Source: Puniceicoccaceae bacterium (GTDB taxonomy: Bacteria; Verrucomicrobiota; Verrucomicrobiia; Opitutales; Oceanipulchritudinaceae). From it: a stretch of 64,000 bases of DNA. The stretch lies in assembly GCA_040830765.1 (NCBI GenBank), contig JBFOMH010000004.1:224001-288000 (forward strand), in the 5' to 3' direction. Within the stretch, counting starts at the first letter, position 1. Each line of letters starts with the position of its first letter. The notes under the pieces were generated by a model. That model had not been told where the DNA came from, searched no databases, and saw only the letters and a program-made list of their open reading frames with translations. Below, one piece after another: positions 9,889 through 19,241 of this stretch. The position numbers and the translations under genes were made by a program.

Positions 9889-10640
9889 TGCTGGGTCGCT
9901 TTGAGGATAGCTTTCAGAAGTTTGGAATGGCTCAGGCAGGCAATGCCGAGCATCCGGTTGATTTGGTTTCGTTGAACCCGCAACCGGTCGGCCAGGGTTG
10001 GCCTTTCCTCAAGGTGCCCAACAAGGGCATAGGCCGCCCGGGAATGCCAGATCAGGTCATCCCTGAAGGCTGGAATTTCCTCAATGTCCGGATGAGCCTC
10101 CCGGGCGTAAATGGTGACGGATTCAACGAGTGGTTCAAAGTCCTTCAACATCCAGGCAAGGTGCTGGAAAAAGCGTTGTTGCCGGACGGAGACAATTTGA
10201 CCGAACTGCTTCCTGATGGACAGGGAGTCAAACCGGGTTTTGGCCTCCGACAGACGACATTCGGCGGAAATAATGAAAAAGGTCGGATCGTAGGTGCCGC
10301 GCTTCCATTCGATTAGCCTGAGGCGGGCCAGGTTTTCCCATTGACGCCAGGCAATGAGCAGCTTCCCGAAGGCCTTGATGAGATGCTGGTTTACCTCCAT
10401 CTGGGGAAGGATCAGGTTCCTTATAAAATCCGGGTAGCCGGAGCGCCGTTCATTACACTGGAGCGCCAGATTGGCATGCCAGTCCCACTCCTTCCAATCC
10501 TCTTCCGTGAAGGTGAGGTCCTCCAAATCGAGGCTGTTGGCCCGGTGGTTGAGTTCAAGCGTCCATTGCTTCTCAAGGTAGTCGGAGGTGAGTCGCTTTG
10601 CTGGCCACACCTTGCCGGGATAAAGGTCCGTTGCGCTCAT
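9885..10640 (-). CDS. Hypothetical protein (helical) inside the glycosyltransferase operon
   Basis: ORF is coupled by ATGA overlaps on both sides (10637-10640 and 9885-9888). No recognisable motif. Confidence 0.6.
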   Translation of the reverse strand: MSATDLYPGKVWPAKRLTSDYLEKQWTLELNHRANSLDLEDLTFTEEDWKEWDWHANLALQCNERRSGYPDFIRNLILPQMEVNQHLIKAFGKLLIAWRQWENLARLRLIEWKRGTYDPTFFIISAECRLSEAKTRFDSLSIRKQFGQIVSVRQQRFFQHLAWMLKDFEPLVESVTIYAREAHPDIEEIPAFRDDLIWHSRAAYALVGHLEERPTLADRLRVQRNQINRMLGIACLSHSKLLKAILKATQQ

Positions 10641-12352
10641 GATGATGATTCGTCTGAACGATCGTCCTTGCTCTTCCCGAGCCATTGTATCCGGAAACGG
10701 CCGAGTTGCCACTGCCGGTTGCTTTGTTCCCTCAGATTGACGATCTCCTTCCGCATGGAATCCAGTTGGGAGGCTTGTTCCTTCTGTTCCTCTCGGATGG
10801 ATTGATACTTCTCCTCACTATCTTGAAGGATTTTTTTCTCAGCCCCTGATGTGGATTCAACAAGGCCTCCCAGGTCCTTATGGAGCTGACCCATGGCGTT
10901 GCCGAGGTTGCCGATGGCCGCATCAAAGCCATCCAACTTGGGCCAAAGTGAATCCGTATGGAACTTGCCAACCTGGGCCAGTTGATTTTCCACACGTTCA
11001 AGAGTCTCCCGGATCGGCTTATTCTCATTGGTAATCGATTGAAGGATGCGGGATCCCTGCTCATCAATTTTAGCCGTCGCGGCTTCCAGTTGTGTAACCT
11101 GGTCTCCCAGATTCTTGATGGCTGACTGGAGGCTATCCCCTTTTTGCAGGATGTCCTCCCGTTGTTTGTCGGCCCTCAACTGTTCTTCGTGCAGGTTCTG
11201 CAAACCGTCGGCGATATTCTGAATGCCCTCCGACAACGCCTGGATGCCCGGCTGAATAGCGTCGGTCTGGAAGGTGCTTAACCGTTTCAGGAGCGCTTCA
11301 ACTTCTCCAATGTGCGAATCCCGGCTGGAACCGGCCTGAAGGAGGTTGTCCTGGTTTTGCAGGAGCAACTCCTGAGCTTTATTGAGGATGGCCAGGGAAT
11401 CCCCGATAGCCTGAATGGCATCAGCGAAACCATCCAGTTTTGGGAGCAGTGTCTGGTCCCTGAAAAGGCGCAGCGCTTCCACCTGGGAGTGGGTCTCGGC
11501 GGCTCGCCGCGTCAAGTCTGCCATCATCCACTGGTTTTCAACGAGAAAGCCGGCGACCTGGAATCCAAGTCCCTTCATGGCCTCGGCGGCGGATGAGCTT
11601 TTCCGCATGTAGTGGTTTTTTAACTCATTGAGATACTGGCTATGCTTCTGGCTCTTGACGGTGACCGTATTGGAATTTGTTCCCTTGGAGCTGGAATCCC
11701 GCCAGTGGTAATAGGCAAGTGGCTTTTGAATAACCCCGATGTTGAAGTGCTCGAGGAAGCGATAGTTGAAATCGAGGTCGGCGGCCATGTCCCACTTGGG
11801 GTCGAAGAGCCCGATGGTCTCATGAACCTGCCGGCGGTAGAGGAAAGCGATAGGTGGGAAAGGATTTTCGTAGCCAACCCGGAAGAGGCTAATTTCCCTC
11901 AGGGGAACATAAGGCACCCGTTCCTTTTCCGCAAAGGAGCCATCCTCCTGCTCGGTCTCAAGGATTCTCAGGGTCTGGCTAATGACTCCCTGGTAATCGC
12001 TTCGAACGCCCTTACGGTTGAGGAATCCGGTGGTCCGTTTCAGGAAATCGGGGTGCCATGTGTCATCATCATCGTGGATGGCAACGTACACCGAATCGGT
12101 ATCTTCGATAGCTGTGTTGCTGGCCTTCTGCATGCCCAGATGCTTCTCATGCATGATGCGCAGCCTTCCAGCATAGGCTTTCCGGAATTTTTGGCAGACG
12201 GCTTCCAGTTCATCGACATCACCCCCGTCGTTGACGATGACATGCTGCCAGTCGGTCATCGACTGGCCGAGTATCGACTCAATGGCCCGCTTCAACAAGG
12301 CCGGCCGGTTGCGGGTGCGTGTGATGACGCAGACTTTCGGGATTTCAGCCAT
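10637..12352 (-). CDS. Glycosyltransferase family 2 with a long C-terminal coiled-coil region
   Basis: VITRTRNRP, IVNDGG, IHDDDDTW, DLDFNYRF, followed by roughly 280 aa of heptad-like Q/E/L-rich sequence. Confidence 0.85.
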   Translation of the reverse strand: MAEIPKVCVITRTRNRPALLKRAIESILGQSMTDWQHVIVNDGGDVDELEAVCQKFRKAYAGRLRIMHEKHLGMQKASNTAIEDTDSVYVAIHDDDDTWHPDFLKRTTGFLNRKGVRSDYQGVISQTLRILETEQEDGSFAEKERVPYVPLREISLFRVGYENPFPPIAFLYRRQVHETIGLFDPKWDMAADLDFNYRFLEHFNIGVIQKPLAYYHWRDSSSKGTNSNTVTVKSQKHSQYLNELKNHYMRKSSSAAEAMKGLGFQVAGFLVENQWMMADLTRRAAETHSQVEALRLFRDQTLLPKLDGFADAIQAIGDSLAILNKAQELLLQNQDNLLQAGSSRDSHIGEVEALLKRLSTFQTDAIQPGIQALSEGIQNIADGLQNLHEEQLRADKQREDILQKGDSLQSAIKNLGDQVTQLEAATAKIDEQGSRILQSITNENKPIRETLERVENQLAQVGKFHTDSLWPKLDGFDAAIGNLGNAMGQLHKDLGGLVESTSGAEKKILQDSEEKYQSIREEQKEQASQLDSMRKEIVNLREQSNRQWQLGRFRIQWLGKSKDDRSDESSS

Positions 12353-12369
12353 CGGATGGTTACTAATTG

Positions 12370-13239
12370 TTAAGGACCCGGGCGAATCGGCAAGGACAAT
12401 AATCTGTCCAGCCGGTCTCGGCTCCCCTTGATATGGCCAGCGACGGATGCGAGCTCACGGAATGCCGGCAAATCCGGATCAGGTTCTTCCTTGGCCCAGC
12501 GCTGGCGCAGGACCGATTCCCAGTGGCGGTGAGTGTTGTGGCCAGCCGTAATTGAATTAGCTGCCGAGCCGGTCGCGGATCGGGGCCGATGGTGGTAATT
12601 CGCCAGGACCTCCGGCAGAAGGCCGAGCGGCCACTTCAAGATCAGCCGGACATTGAATTCCCAGTCGCCGAGAACCGGAAGTCCTTCATCAAAGGGTCCT
12701 GCCTCCTCATATGCCCAGCGGCGAAAGAGAAACGAAATGGGCGGAAACGGGTTTTCCTCAAGGACGGTCCAGGGATCAATTGTTTCCAGCCAGGTGTTGA
12801 AGGGCGATTCTTCCTGAATTGTTATAGCATCTTCCTGCAGACGTTCCTCCACCCGCTGTGCATGACAGACCACACCGGCGAAATCCCGGTGGGCGGGCGC
12901 ATCGAGCCAGGCAACCATCGATTCAAGAAATGCCGGTCGCCAGCTGTCATCGTCGTCATGGATGACGAGAAATTCCCCTGTGGCCTGTTCGATGCCCCGG
13001 TTGGAGGCGTGTTCCATGCCCTTCGACTCCGCAAGGTGGAGGATTTGGATTTGGTCGGGGTATTGTTCGCGGGCTTCCCGGAGAACCGCCTCCACTGCAT
13101 CCCGATCCCCTGCATCATTGACGACAATCCATTCCCATGGAGGCGCGTTCCGTTGCCCGAGGACAGAGGCCGCCGCCCGGGCGAGGAACAACTCCCGGTC
13201 GCGGGTCCGGGTAATGATACTGACTTTTGCTTGGCTCAT
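12370..13239 (-). CDS. Glycosyltransferase family 2
   Basis: IITRTRDR, VVNDAG, IHDDDDSW, ENPFPPISFLFRR, GDWEFN. Paralogous to the catalytic domain of the downstream GT2. Confidence 0.9.
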   Translation of the reverse strand: MSQAKVSIITRTRDRELFLARAAASVLGQRNAPPWEWIVVNDAGDRDAVEAVLREAREQYPDQIQILHLAESKGMEHASNRGIEQATGEFLVIHDDDDSWRPAFLESMVAWLDAPAHRDFAGVVCHAQRVEERLQEDAITIQEESPFNTWLETIDPWTVLEENPFPPISFLFRRWAYEEAGPFDEGLPVLGDWEFNVRLILKWPLGLLPEVLANYHHRPRSATGSAANSITAGHNTHRHWESVLRQRWAKEEPDPDLPAFRELASVAGHIKGSRDRLDRLLSLPIRPGP

Positions 13240-13299
13240 TCGCGGGAAGCGCTTGCCCTCGGGAGGGCAACGTGAATTCTAAACCCCGGAAATTGAAGT

Positions 13300-14388
13300 A
13301 TGGCATCAAAGGAAGTTCAAGCCCGGCATGTTTTTCATGCCCCGGTCGCCGGCTGGGACCGCATTCATGCCTGGCAGGAGGCCACAGGTGAACCGGCCTT
13401 TGTCTGGGGAAGGAACTCTGGTCATGTCCGGGGTCGCCTTTTCCGTTCCATCAAGCGGGACTTCGCGCTCTGGCTGGAAGCGACACAATCCGCGCCCATC
13501 ACCATCTATCACGACGGGGCCGGGGTGGATGCCCTTGGGGCGATGGATGCCAATGACCATAAAATCCTCTTTCTGCACCAGTTTTTCCCGCGCTGGGAGC
13601 GGCTGTTTGAATGGAACATCCGGATGACGGGGCGGCTGATGGTCGGCCATTCCTCTCAGTCGGCATTTGTTCGGGAACGCTTTGGCTGGATTCCGGAGCG
13701 ATTCATCCTGCCGGTACCACAGCCGGTGTTAAAACCTGAGGAGGAGGAATCGAGTGGCAGCGGAGCGGGGAACCGTACGGGAATCTGGCTTCATGGATTG
13801 CCGTGGCGCCGCTTCGGCAACCGGCTTCGCTCTATCATCGACCGCTGGCCCCCGGAGGCTGGCCAACTGGAGATTGTTGTATCCGGGAAAGGGCGCCCCT
13901 CCTGGGCCCGCAAGGACCATGTGGTCTGGAGTGTGGACCTGCCCTTTCAGTTTGCCCTCTACCGGCTTCACACCTGGGACAGTACGCTGCTGCTGAACGA
14001 TTACAGTCTCGACGCACCGTGGCTTATGGCCGCCCTTGAGATGGGCTGCTTTCCCCTCGTGCCGGAAGGAGATGGAGCTGCCCGGGTAGGAGAATGGGAG
14101 AATGACTCTGCTCCACGTCCGTATCCCTGGGGGGATGTCCCTGGAGCACTTCAACTCTTGCAGGAATGGCGCAAATCAAAGGAACAACTGCAGCCGGAAT
14201 TTGATACCTGGAGAAGGAACCTTTTCGGAGCCAAGCGCAAGGGGCCTGAATTTCTTTCCCTGTGGCAGGAAACCAAACAGACGCTCTTGGAGCAGCGACC
14301 TCCAAAGCTGCGGTCCCGCAAGCCGGCCGGAGGTTGGCACCCGGTCCGCTGGTATGAGCGGATCCAGCGCCTGCGGGCGGGTAACTGA
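13300..14388 (+). CDS. Hypothetical protein, possibly a divergent GT-B fold
   Basis: 362-aa ORF filling the gap. APWLMAALEMGCFPLVP weakly resembles the GT4 C-terminal motif. Confidence 0.55.
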   Translation: MASKEVQARHVFHAPVAGWDRIHAWQEATGEPAFVWGRNSGHVRGRLFRSIKRDFALWLEATQSAPITIYHDGAGVDALGAMDANDHKILFLHQFFPRWERLFEWNIRMTGRLMVGHSSQSAFVRERFGWIPERFILPVPQPVLKPEEEESSGSGAGNRTGIWLHGLPWRRFGNRLRSIIDRWPPEAGQLEIVVSGKGRPSWARKDHVVWSVDLPFQFALYRLHTWDSTLLLNDYSLDAPWLMAALEMGCFPLVPEGDGAARVGEWENDSAPRPYPWGDVPGALQLLQEWRKSKEQLQPEFDTWRRNLFGAKRKGPEFLSLWQETKQTLLEQRPPKLRSRKPAGGWHPVRWYERIQRLRAGN

Positions 14389-14393
14389 GTTCC

Positions 14394-15863
14394 TCAGCCC
14401 TCCTGGATAATCTTCAGGAGAACTTCCCGAACCGCCTGTGGATTGGCTTTGCCTCGGGAGGCTTTCATGACTGGCCCGATAAAACTGTTGATAGCCTTGT
14501 CGTTGCCGTCGCGTACCTGCTGCGCGGCAACAGCATTTCCGGCAACAGCGTCGCGGCACCACTGTTCCAGTTCGCCGGCATCCTGTTCCTCCACCTTGAT
14601 GCCCTTTTCGTCCATAATGGCCTGGGCCTCTTTTCCACTGAGGAACATTTCAACAAGGACATCCTTGGCCAACTGCTTGGTCAGCTTGCCTTCGTCGATG
14701 AGCCGGACCATACGGGCTAGCGCCTCCGGCTTGAGGCGGACCGATTCCATCGGCAGGTATCCGTCTCCCTCGGCCTGCGAGCGTTCACGCTGCAGCTCAT
14801 TGGCGACATAATTGGCGACCGCCTTCGGGTTTTTCCCGTACTCCGCCATGGCTTCCTCGAAGTAGCGGGCCAGCTCATGGTCATAGCAAATCACGGATGT
14901 GAGGGTGTAAGGAAGGCCGAAATCCTTTTCGTACCGACGTTGCAGGTCAAAGACACCTTCCGGGAGCTCCGTCCGCAGTTCCTCAATCCGGTCCCGGGGA
15001 AAATGGACCGGCAGGAGATCGGGGTCGGGGAAGTAACGGTAGTCATGGGCTTCCTCCTTGGAGCGCATGGAGCTGGTATGACCGGCATCGGCATCCCAGC
15101 GGCGCGTCTCCTGGGCAACCGTGCCTCCCTTGTCGTAGACCCTGGTCTGCCTCTTGATTTCGTAGGAAATGGCATTCTTGACCCCGGTGATGCTGTTCAG
15201 GTTCTTCATCTCGGCCCGGGGATTGAGGGCTTCCTGGCCAATTGGCCGGACGCTGACATTGGCATCACAGCGCATCTGGCCTTTTTCCATGTCGCAATCC
15301 GAGACGCCAGCCGACATCAGGTGCATGCGGATGGATTGCAGCAAAGCCACTGCCTCTTCCGCACTGTGGAGATCCGGTTTGGTGACTATTTCCAGAAGGG
15401 GTGTCCCGGCCCGGTTGTAGTCGACCAACGAATCCTTGGTGAAGTGGGTCAGTTTTCCGACATCCTCCTCCAGATGGGCATGATCGAGGTGGATAACCTT
15501 GTGCTCCCCTGCCTGGTTGCGGGACGGCCCGGCGAGCTCGATTTCCACCTCACCCCCGACGCAGACCGGGGCGTCCATCTGGGTGAGCTGATAATTCTTC
15601 GGGCTGTCGGGATAAAAGTAGTTCTTGCGGTCCCATTGGAAGACATCCGGGATCTCCGAGCCAAAGATAAGCCCGAACTTGATCGCCTGTTCGATGGCTC
15701 CCTTGTTGAGGACCGGCAGGGTACCGGGCAGACCCATGACAACGGCGTTGGTCAGGCTGTTGGGAGGCTGGCCAAACCCGGTTGGCGCATCCGTGAACAT
15801 CTTGGAGGCGGTCTTCAACTGGACGTGGACTTCAAGTCCGATGACGGCTTCGTATTCAGGCAT
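14394..15863 (-). CDS. gatB: Asp-tRNA(Asn)/Glu-tRNA(Gln) amidotransferase subunit B
   Basis: VIGLEVHVQL, RKNYFYPDSPKNYQ, HLEEDVGK, DYNRAGTPLLEIVT, MRCDANVS, DYRYFPDPDL. Confidence 0.98.
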   Translation of the reverse strand: MPEYEAVIGLEVHVQLKTASKMFTDAPTGFGQPPNSLTNAVVMGLPGTLPVLNKGAIEQAIKFGLIFGSEIPDVFQWDRKNYFYPDSPKNYQLTQMDAPVCVGGEVEIELAGPSRNQAGEHKVIHLDHAHLEEDVGKLTHFTKDSLVDYNRAGTPLLEIVTKPDLHSAEEAVALLQSIRMHLMSAGVSDCDMEKGQMRCDANVSVRPIGQEALNPRAEMKNLNSITGVKNAISYEIKRQTRVYDKGGTVAQETRRWDADAGHTSSMRSKEEAHDYRYFPDPDLLPVHFPRDRIEELRTELPEGVFDLQRRYEKDFGLPYTLTSVICYDHELARYFEEAMAEYGKNPKAVANYVANELQRERSQAEGDGYLPMESVRLKPEALARMVRLIDEGKLTKQLAKDVLVEMFLSGKEAQAIMDEKGIKVEEQDAGELEQWCRDAVAGNAVAAQQVRDGNDKAINSFIGPVMKASRGKANPQAVREVLLKIIQEG

Positions 15864-15869
15864 GGCTGC

Positions 15870-17336
15870 TTAAAGTTCCGGTTCAGCGGTGAAGGGGTGG
15901 TCTGTTTCGTAGGCCAATCCTGTCTGGAGCAGGGCTCCTTCGGCGAAGGGCTGGCCGATCAGCTGGAACCCGATTGGCAAACCCTTGCTGGAGAGTCCGC
16001 AGGGCATGGACAGTCCGGGAAGGCCGGCAAGATTCACCGAGATGGTAAAGATGTCCGCGAGGTACATCGAAATGGGATCATCGATTTTTTCGCCGATCCG
16101 GAAAGCCGGGGTTGGCGTGGTTGGGGTCAGGATGGCATCCACTTCCTTGAAGGCCTTGAGGAAATCATCCCGGATCAGTGTCCTGACCTGCTGGGCCCGC
16201 TTGTAGTAGGCATCATAATAACCACTGCTGAGGACATAACTCCCGAGAATGACCCGGCGCTTGACCTCTGCCCCGAATCCTTCCCCGCGCGACTGGTAAT
16301 AGAGGTCAACGGCATCCGCCGCCTTGTCCGACCGGTGCGTGTAGCGAACACCGTCATAGCGGGACAGGTTGGAGGAGGCTTCCGCAGTGGCGATGATGTA
16401 GTAGGTGGGGACAGCCAGCTCGGTGTGCGGCAGGGAGATCTCCTTGATGGTGTAGCCGAGGCCCTCGTAAGCCTTGATGACTTTTTCGAGATGCTCCCGG
16501 ACTTCCGCATCGATGCCTTCGCCAAAATACTCCTTTGGGAGGCCCAGTGTGCCGGGTTCATGCGGCATGTGCAGCTGGACCGAGGCCGGCTCCAGCTCAC
16601 CCGCCCATGAAGTGGAGTCCATCGGGTCATGACCACTGATGACATCCAGCAGGGCGGCCACGTCCTCGACGCTGCGACCCATGGGACCAATCTGGTCGAG
16701 GCTCGAGGCAAAGGCAACCAGGCCGAAGCGGGAGACCCGTCCATATGTGGGTTTTAGCCCGACAACACCACAAAACGCAGCTGGCTGGCGGATGGAGCCA
16801 CCGGTATCGGATCCCAGTGACCACGGGCACTCACGTGCGGCCACGGCAGCCGCGCTTCCACCCGAACTGCCGCCCGGTGCATGGTCGGTGTTCCATGGAT
16901 TGCCCGTTTTCTTGAAAGCGGAGTTTTCCGTCGAGGAGCCCATGGCAAATTCGTCCATGTTCAGCCGGCCGAACGGAATCAGGCCGGCGGCGAGGAGCTT
17001 GTTGCCGACCATGCCGGTGTAGGGCGACTTGAATTGTTCGAGGATCCTGCTGGCACAGGTCAAGGGCTCTCCCTCGATGGCAATGACGTCCTTGATACCG
17101 ACCGGCAGACCGTCCAGGGGGCTCAGTTCTTCCCCGGCAGCGCGGCGCGCATCGCTGGCATCCGCCGCGGCAAGGACCCTTTCCGGTTCAATGCTGAGAA
17201 AGGCACCCACCCGACCGTCCACAGCCTCCACCCGGTCGAGGAAAGCGGAGCAGATTTCCCGGGACGTTGTTTCCCCCTTGTGGAGGGCCTTGCCGAGGTC
17301 AAATGCCGATGCCTGCAATATTGATTCTGGTTCCAT
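15870..17336 (-). CDS. gatA: Amidotransferase subunit A
   Basis: Amidase signature GIKD, NMDEFAMGSSTE, PGGSSGGSAAAVA, GSDTGGSIRQPA; SSNLSRYDG. ATG at 17336 chosen. Confidence 0.98.
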   Translation of the reverse strand: MEPESILQASAFDLGKALHKGETTSREICSAFLDRVEAVDGRVGAFLSIEPERVLAAADASDARRAAGEELSPLDGLPVGIKDVIAIEGEPLTCASRILEQFKSPYTGMVGNKLLAAGLIPFGRLNMDEFAMGSSTENSAFKKTGNPWNTDHAPGGSSGGSAAAVAARECPWSLGSDTGGSIRQPAAFCGVVGLKPTYGRVSRFGLVAFASSLDQIGPMGRSVEDVAALLDVISGHDPMDSTSWAGELEPASVQLHMPHEPGTLGLPKEYFGEGIDAEVREHLEKVIKAYEGLGYTIKEISLPHTELAVPTYYIIATAEASSNLSRYDGVRYTHRSDKAADAVDLYYQSRGEGFGAEVKRRVILGSYVLSSGYYDAYYKRAQQVRTLIRDDFLKAFKEVDAILTPTTPTPAFRIGEKIDDPISMYLADIFTISVNLAGLPGLSMPCGLSSKGLPIGFQLIGQPFAEGALLQTGLAYETDHPFTAEPEL

Positions 17337-17351
17337 GGCCAACTTTCTCAA

Positions 17352-17648
17352 TCAGGCATCTTCAACGACTTTGGGAACGACAACCTGGTCTTCCCGTGAG
17401 GCAGGGGCATTGCTGAGGGAACGTTCGGGTGCCCATGGGGTGCCGGCCACATCATCCCGCAGCGGGGCTTCGGCTTCAAAAGGGTGGGCCATCGGCTGGA
17501 TGCCGGTGACATCCACTTCCTGCAGTTTCTGGAAAAACCCAAGGATGTCGGCCAACTGGCTGCCGTAGGCTGCCTTTTCCTCCTCGGTCAACTGGATGCG
17601 CGCGAGCATGGCCAGCTTCTCAATGTCGACTTCAGGACGTTCCTGCAT
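17352..17648 (-). CDS. gatC: Amidotransferase subunit C
   Basis: LAMLARIQL, LQEVDVTGIQP, LRDD, LSNAP, VPKVVE. Immediately upstream of gatA. Confidence 0.95.
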   Translation of the reverse strand: MQERPEVDIEKLAMLARIQLTEEEKAAYGSQLADILGFFQKLQEVDVTGIQPMAHPFEAEAPLRDDVAGTPWAPERSLSNAPASREDQVVVPKVVEDA

Positions 17649-17720
17649 AAGCAACACTGGGCTAAGACTCCTTGGCCCATAGGCAAGCGCTGAATGCAAC
17701 TCTGTGCCGGATGAACTCCT

Positions 17721-19223
17721 TCAGAGCGTCCTCTCCAGCTCGGAAATAATGGCCCCGGCAGGCTCCAGCCCGATGGAAAGACGAATCAGGTCCGGGTCCA
17801 CCCCATGACCCAGAAGAATGTCCCGGCCCTGTGGCGTACTGACCAGATCGTAATGAGCAAGGTACATGAATGGGCACATCATGGTGAACCGGGTGCCGAA
17901 GCTGGGGCTCTTGACGAAATTGCAGCGGTCGTAGAATTCCCGCAGCGGTTTATGTGTCGTGAACGTGAGGATGCCCCCGGGACCGGATTCAAGGTGCTGC
18001 AGCCAATTGTAATTGTAGGCCGATGGCTGGCTGCGGGCCCAGTAGAGCTGCTTGACGCCTGGATGCTTCTCAAGGAAGGCGGCCACTTCGACGGTCGTTG
18101 CGTTAATGGCCTTGATCGTCTCCGGGTAATTCTGGATTTGTAAGGCCATGCGGGCAAGGTCCCCGCTGGCAGGTGCTGTCCCGAAGGCGGCTACCTTTTC
18201 GCGCAGGTCATCATAAAAGCGGGACTGACCGTTGAGGGCGATGGCCCCCATCATCACGTCCGCGGATGAGGCGGCGTACTTGGTCAGGCTGTTGATGTGA
18301 AGGTCCGAATAGGAGAGGATGTTGACGTTGTGCGGGCTGACGAGGGTCGGGTCGAGGATGAGGGCGGCCCGGTATTTGTCCGCCAGTTCCCGCAGTGCTT
18401 CAACGTCGGGAGTCTGCACGAGGGGATTGGTCGGGACCTCCGTGACGATCCCAGCGACCCGGTGGCCTTCGCGATGGAGGACATCCTCCAGCTCCGACAA
18501 ATCCATGACGTTGTAGATTTGGACCGGGGCCGCGCCCTGGAGGGAGAACTTCTCAAGGATGCGGGATGTATCAACGTAGAGCCAGCCCAGTTGAATCCAG
18601 AGATCCCTCTTCCGTTCTAACTGGACGGCTTGGATGGCCCGGAATCCACTGTAGAATGCATTCATCCCGCTGCGGAAAATGTGGATATCGCTTTCCACCA
18701 GTGTCCCGTAGATTGAGTGAAGCCGGCTGCGGATATAAGCCAAGTGCTCCTCGGGATGCCCCGGGGCGCGGTCTTCGGGATGGGGTGCGTGCCCGAAATG
18801 CTGCTCCAGCAGGGTTTCCGCTTCGCGTGAGGAAATGCCACATCCCGTATGCTGGAGAAAGGCCCGCGCGGCCAAGCGGATATCTTGACCTTCCGGCAGG
18901 CGAACTGTCCAAAGAGAGAGCACAGGAGCCGCGCATTCCGGATTCAGGTCGAGGTAATGACAGAGATCGACGGCGGCTGATTGGGTCGGGAGGAGCGGAT
19001 CCTCCTCGTTCATGATCCCTTCCCGGGAAAGGTGGGATGCCAGTTCCGCGATCAGCGGATTGCGGAAAAAGCGCGGATATCCGGCCGTGAATGCCTCCAG
19101 GACGCGGGGATCTTTTTCCTCGTAGCCGATCACATCCGCCATTGTCGGGAGGCTGACACAGACGCTGTGCGGACTCCCGTTGATGGAGTGGCCAAGGGGG
19201 TAGGGCTGGAAGGTCGGCTTCAA
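17721..19223 (-). CDS. PLP-dependent transsulfuration enzyme, long (fungal-like) cystathionine gamma-synthase type
   Basis: VSLPT..DVIGYEE..GYPRFF N-terminal extension, SGMNA, EVPTNPL, SLTKY (PLP Lys), PSFG, YLAHY, LIRLSIGLE. Confidence 0.8.
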   Translation of the reverse strand: MKPTFQPYPLGHSINGSPHSVCVSLPTMADVIGYEEKDPRVLEAFTAGYPRFFRNPLIAELASHLSREGIMNEEDPLLPTQSAAVDLCHYLDLNPECAAPVLSLWTVRLPEGQDIRLAARAFLQHTGCGISSREAETLLEQHFGHAPHPEDRAPGHPEEHLAYIRSRLHSIYGTLVESDIHIFRSGMNAFYSGFRAIQAVQLERKRDLWIQLGWLYVDTSRILEKFSLQGAAPVQIYNVMDLSELEDVLHREGHRVAGIVTEVPTNPLVQTPDVEALRELADKYRAALILDPTLVSPHNVNILSYSDLHINSLTKYAASSADVMMGAIALNGQSRFYDDLREKVAAFGTAPASGDLARMALQIQNYPETIKAINATTVEVAAFLEKHPGVKQLYWARSQPSAYNYNWLQHLESGPGGILTFTTHKPLREFYDRCNFVKSPSFGTRFTMMCPFMYLAHYDLVSTPQGRDILLGHGVDPDLIRLSIGLEPAGAIISELERTL

Positions 19224-19241
19224 GGGAATGTTGGCAAACGC

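Noticed and set aside
14877..16610. 577-aa plus-strand ORF across gatB/gatA
   Set aside because: Antisense to highly conserved genes; no recognisable domain.
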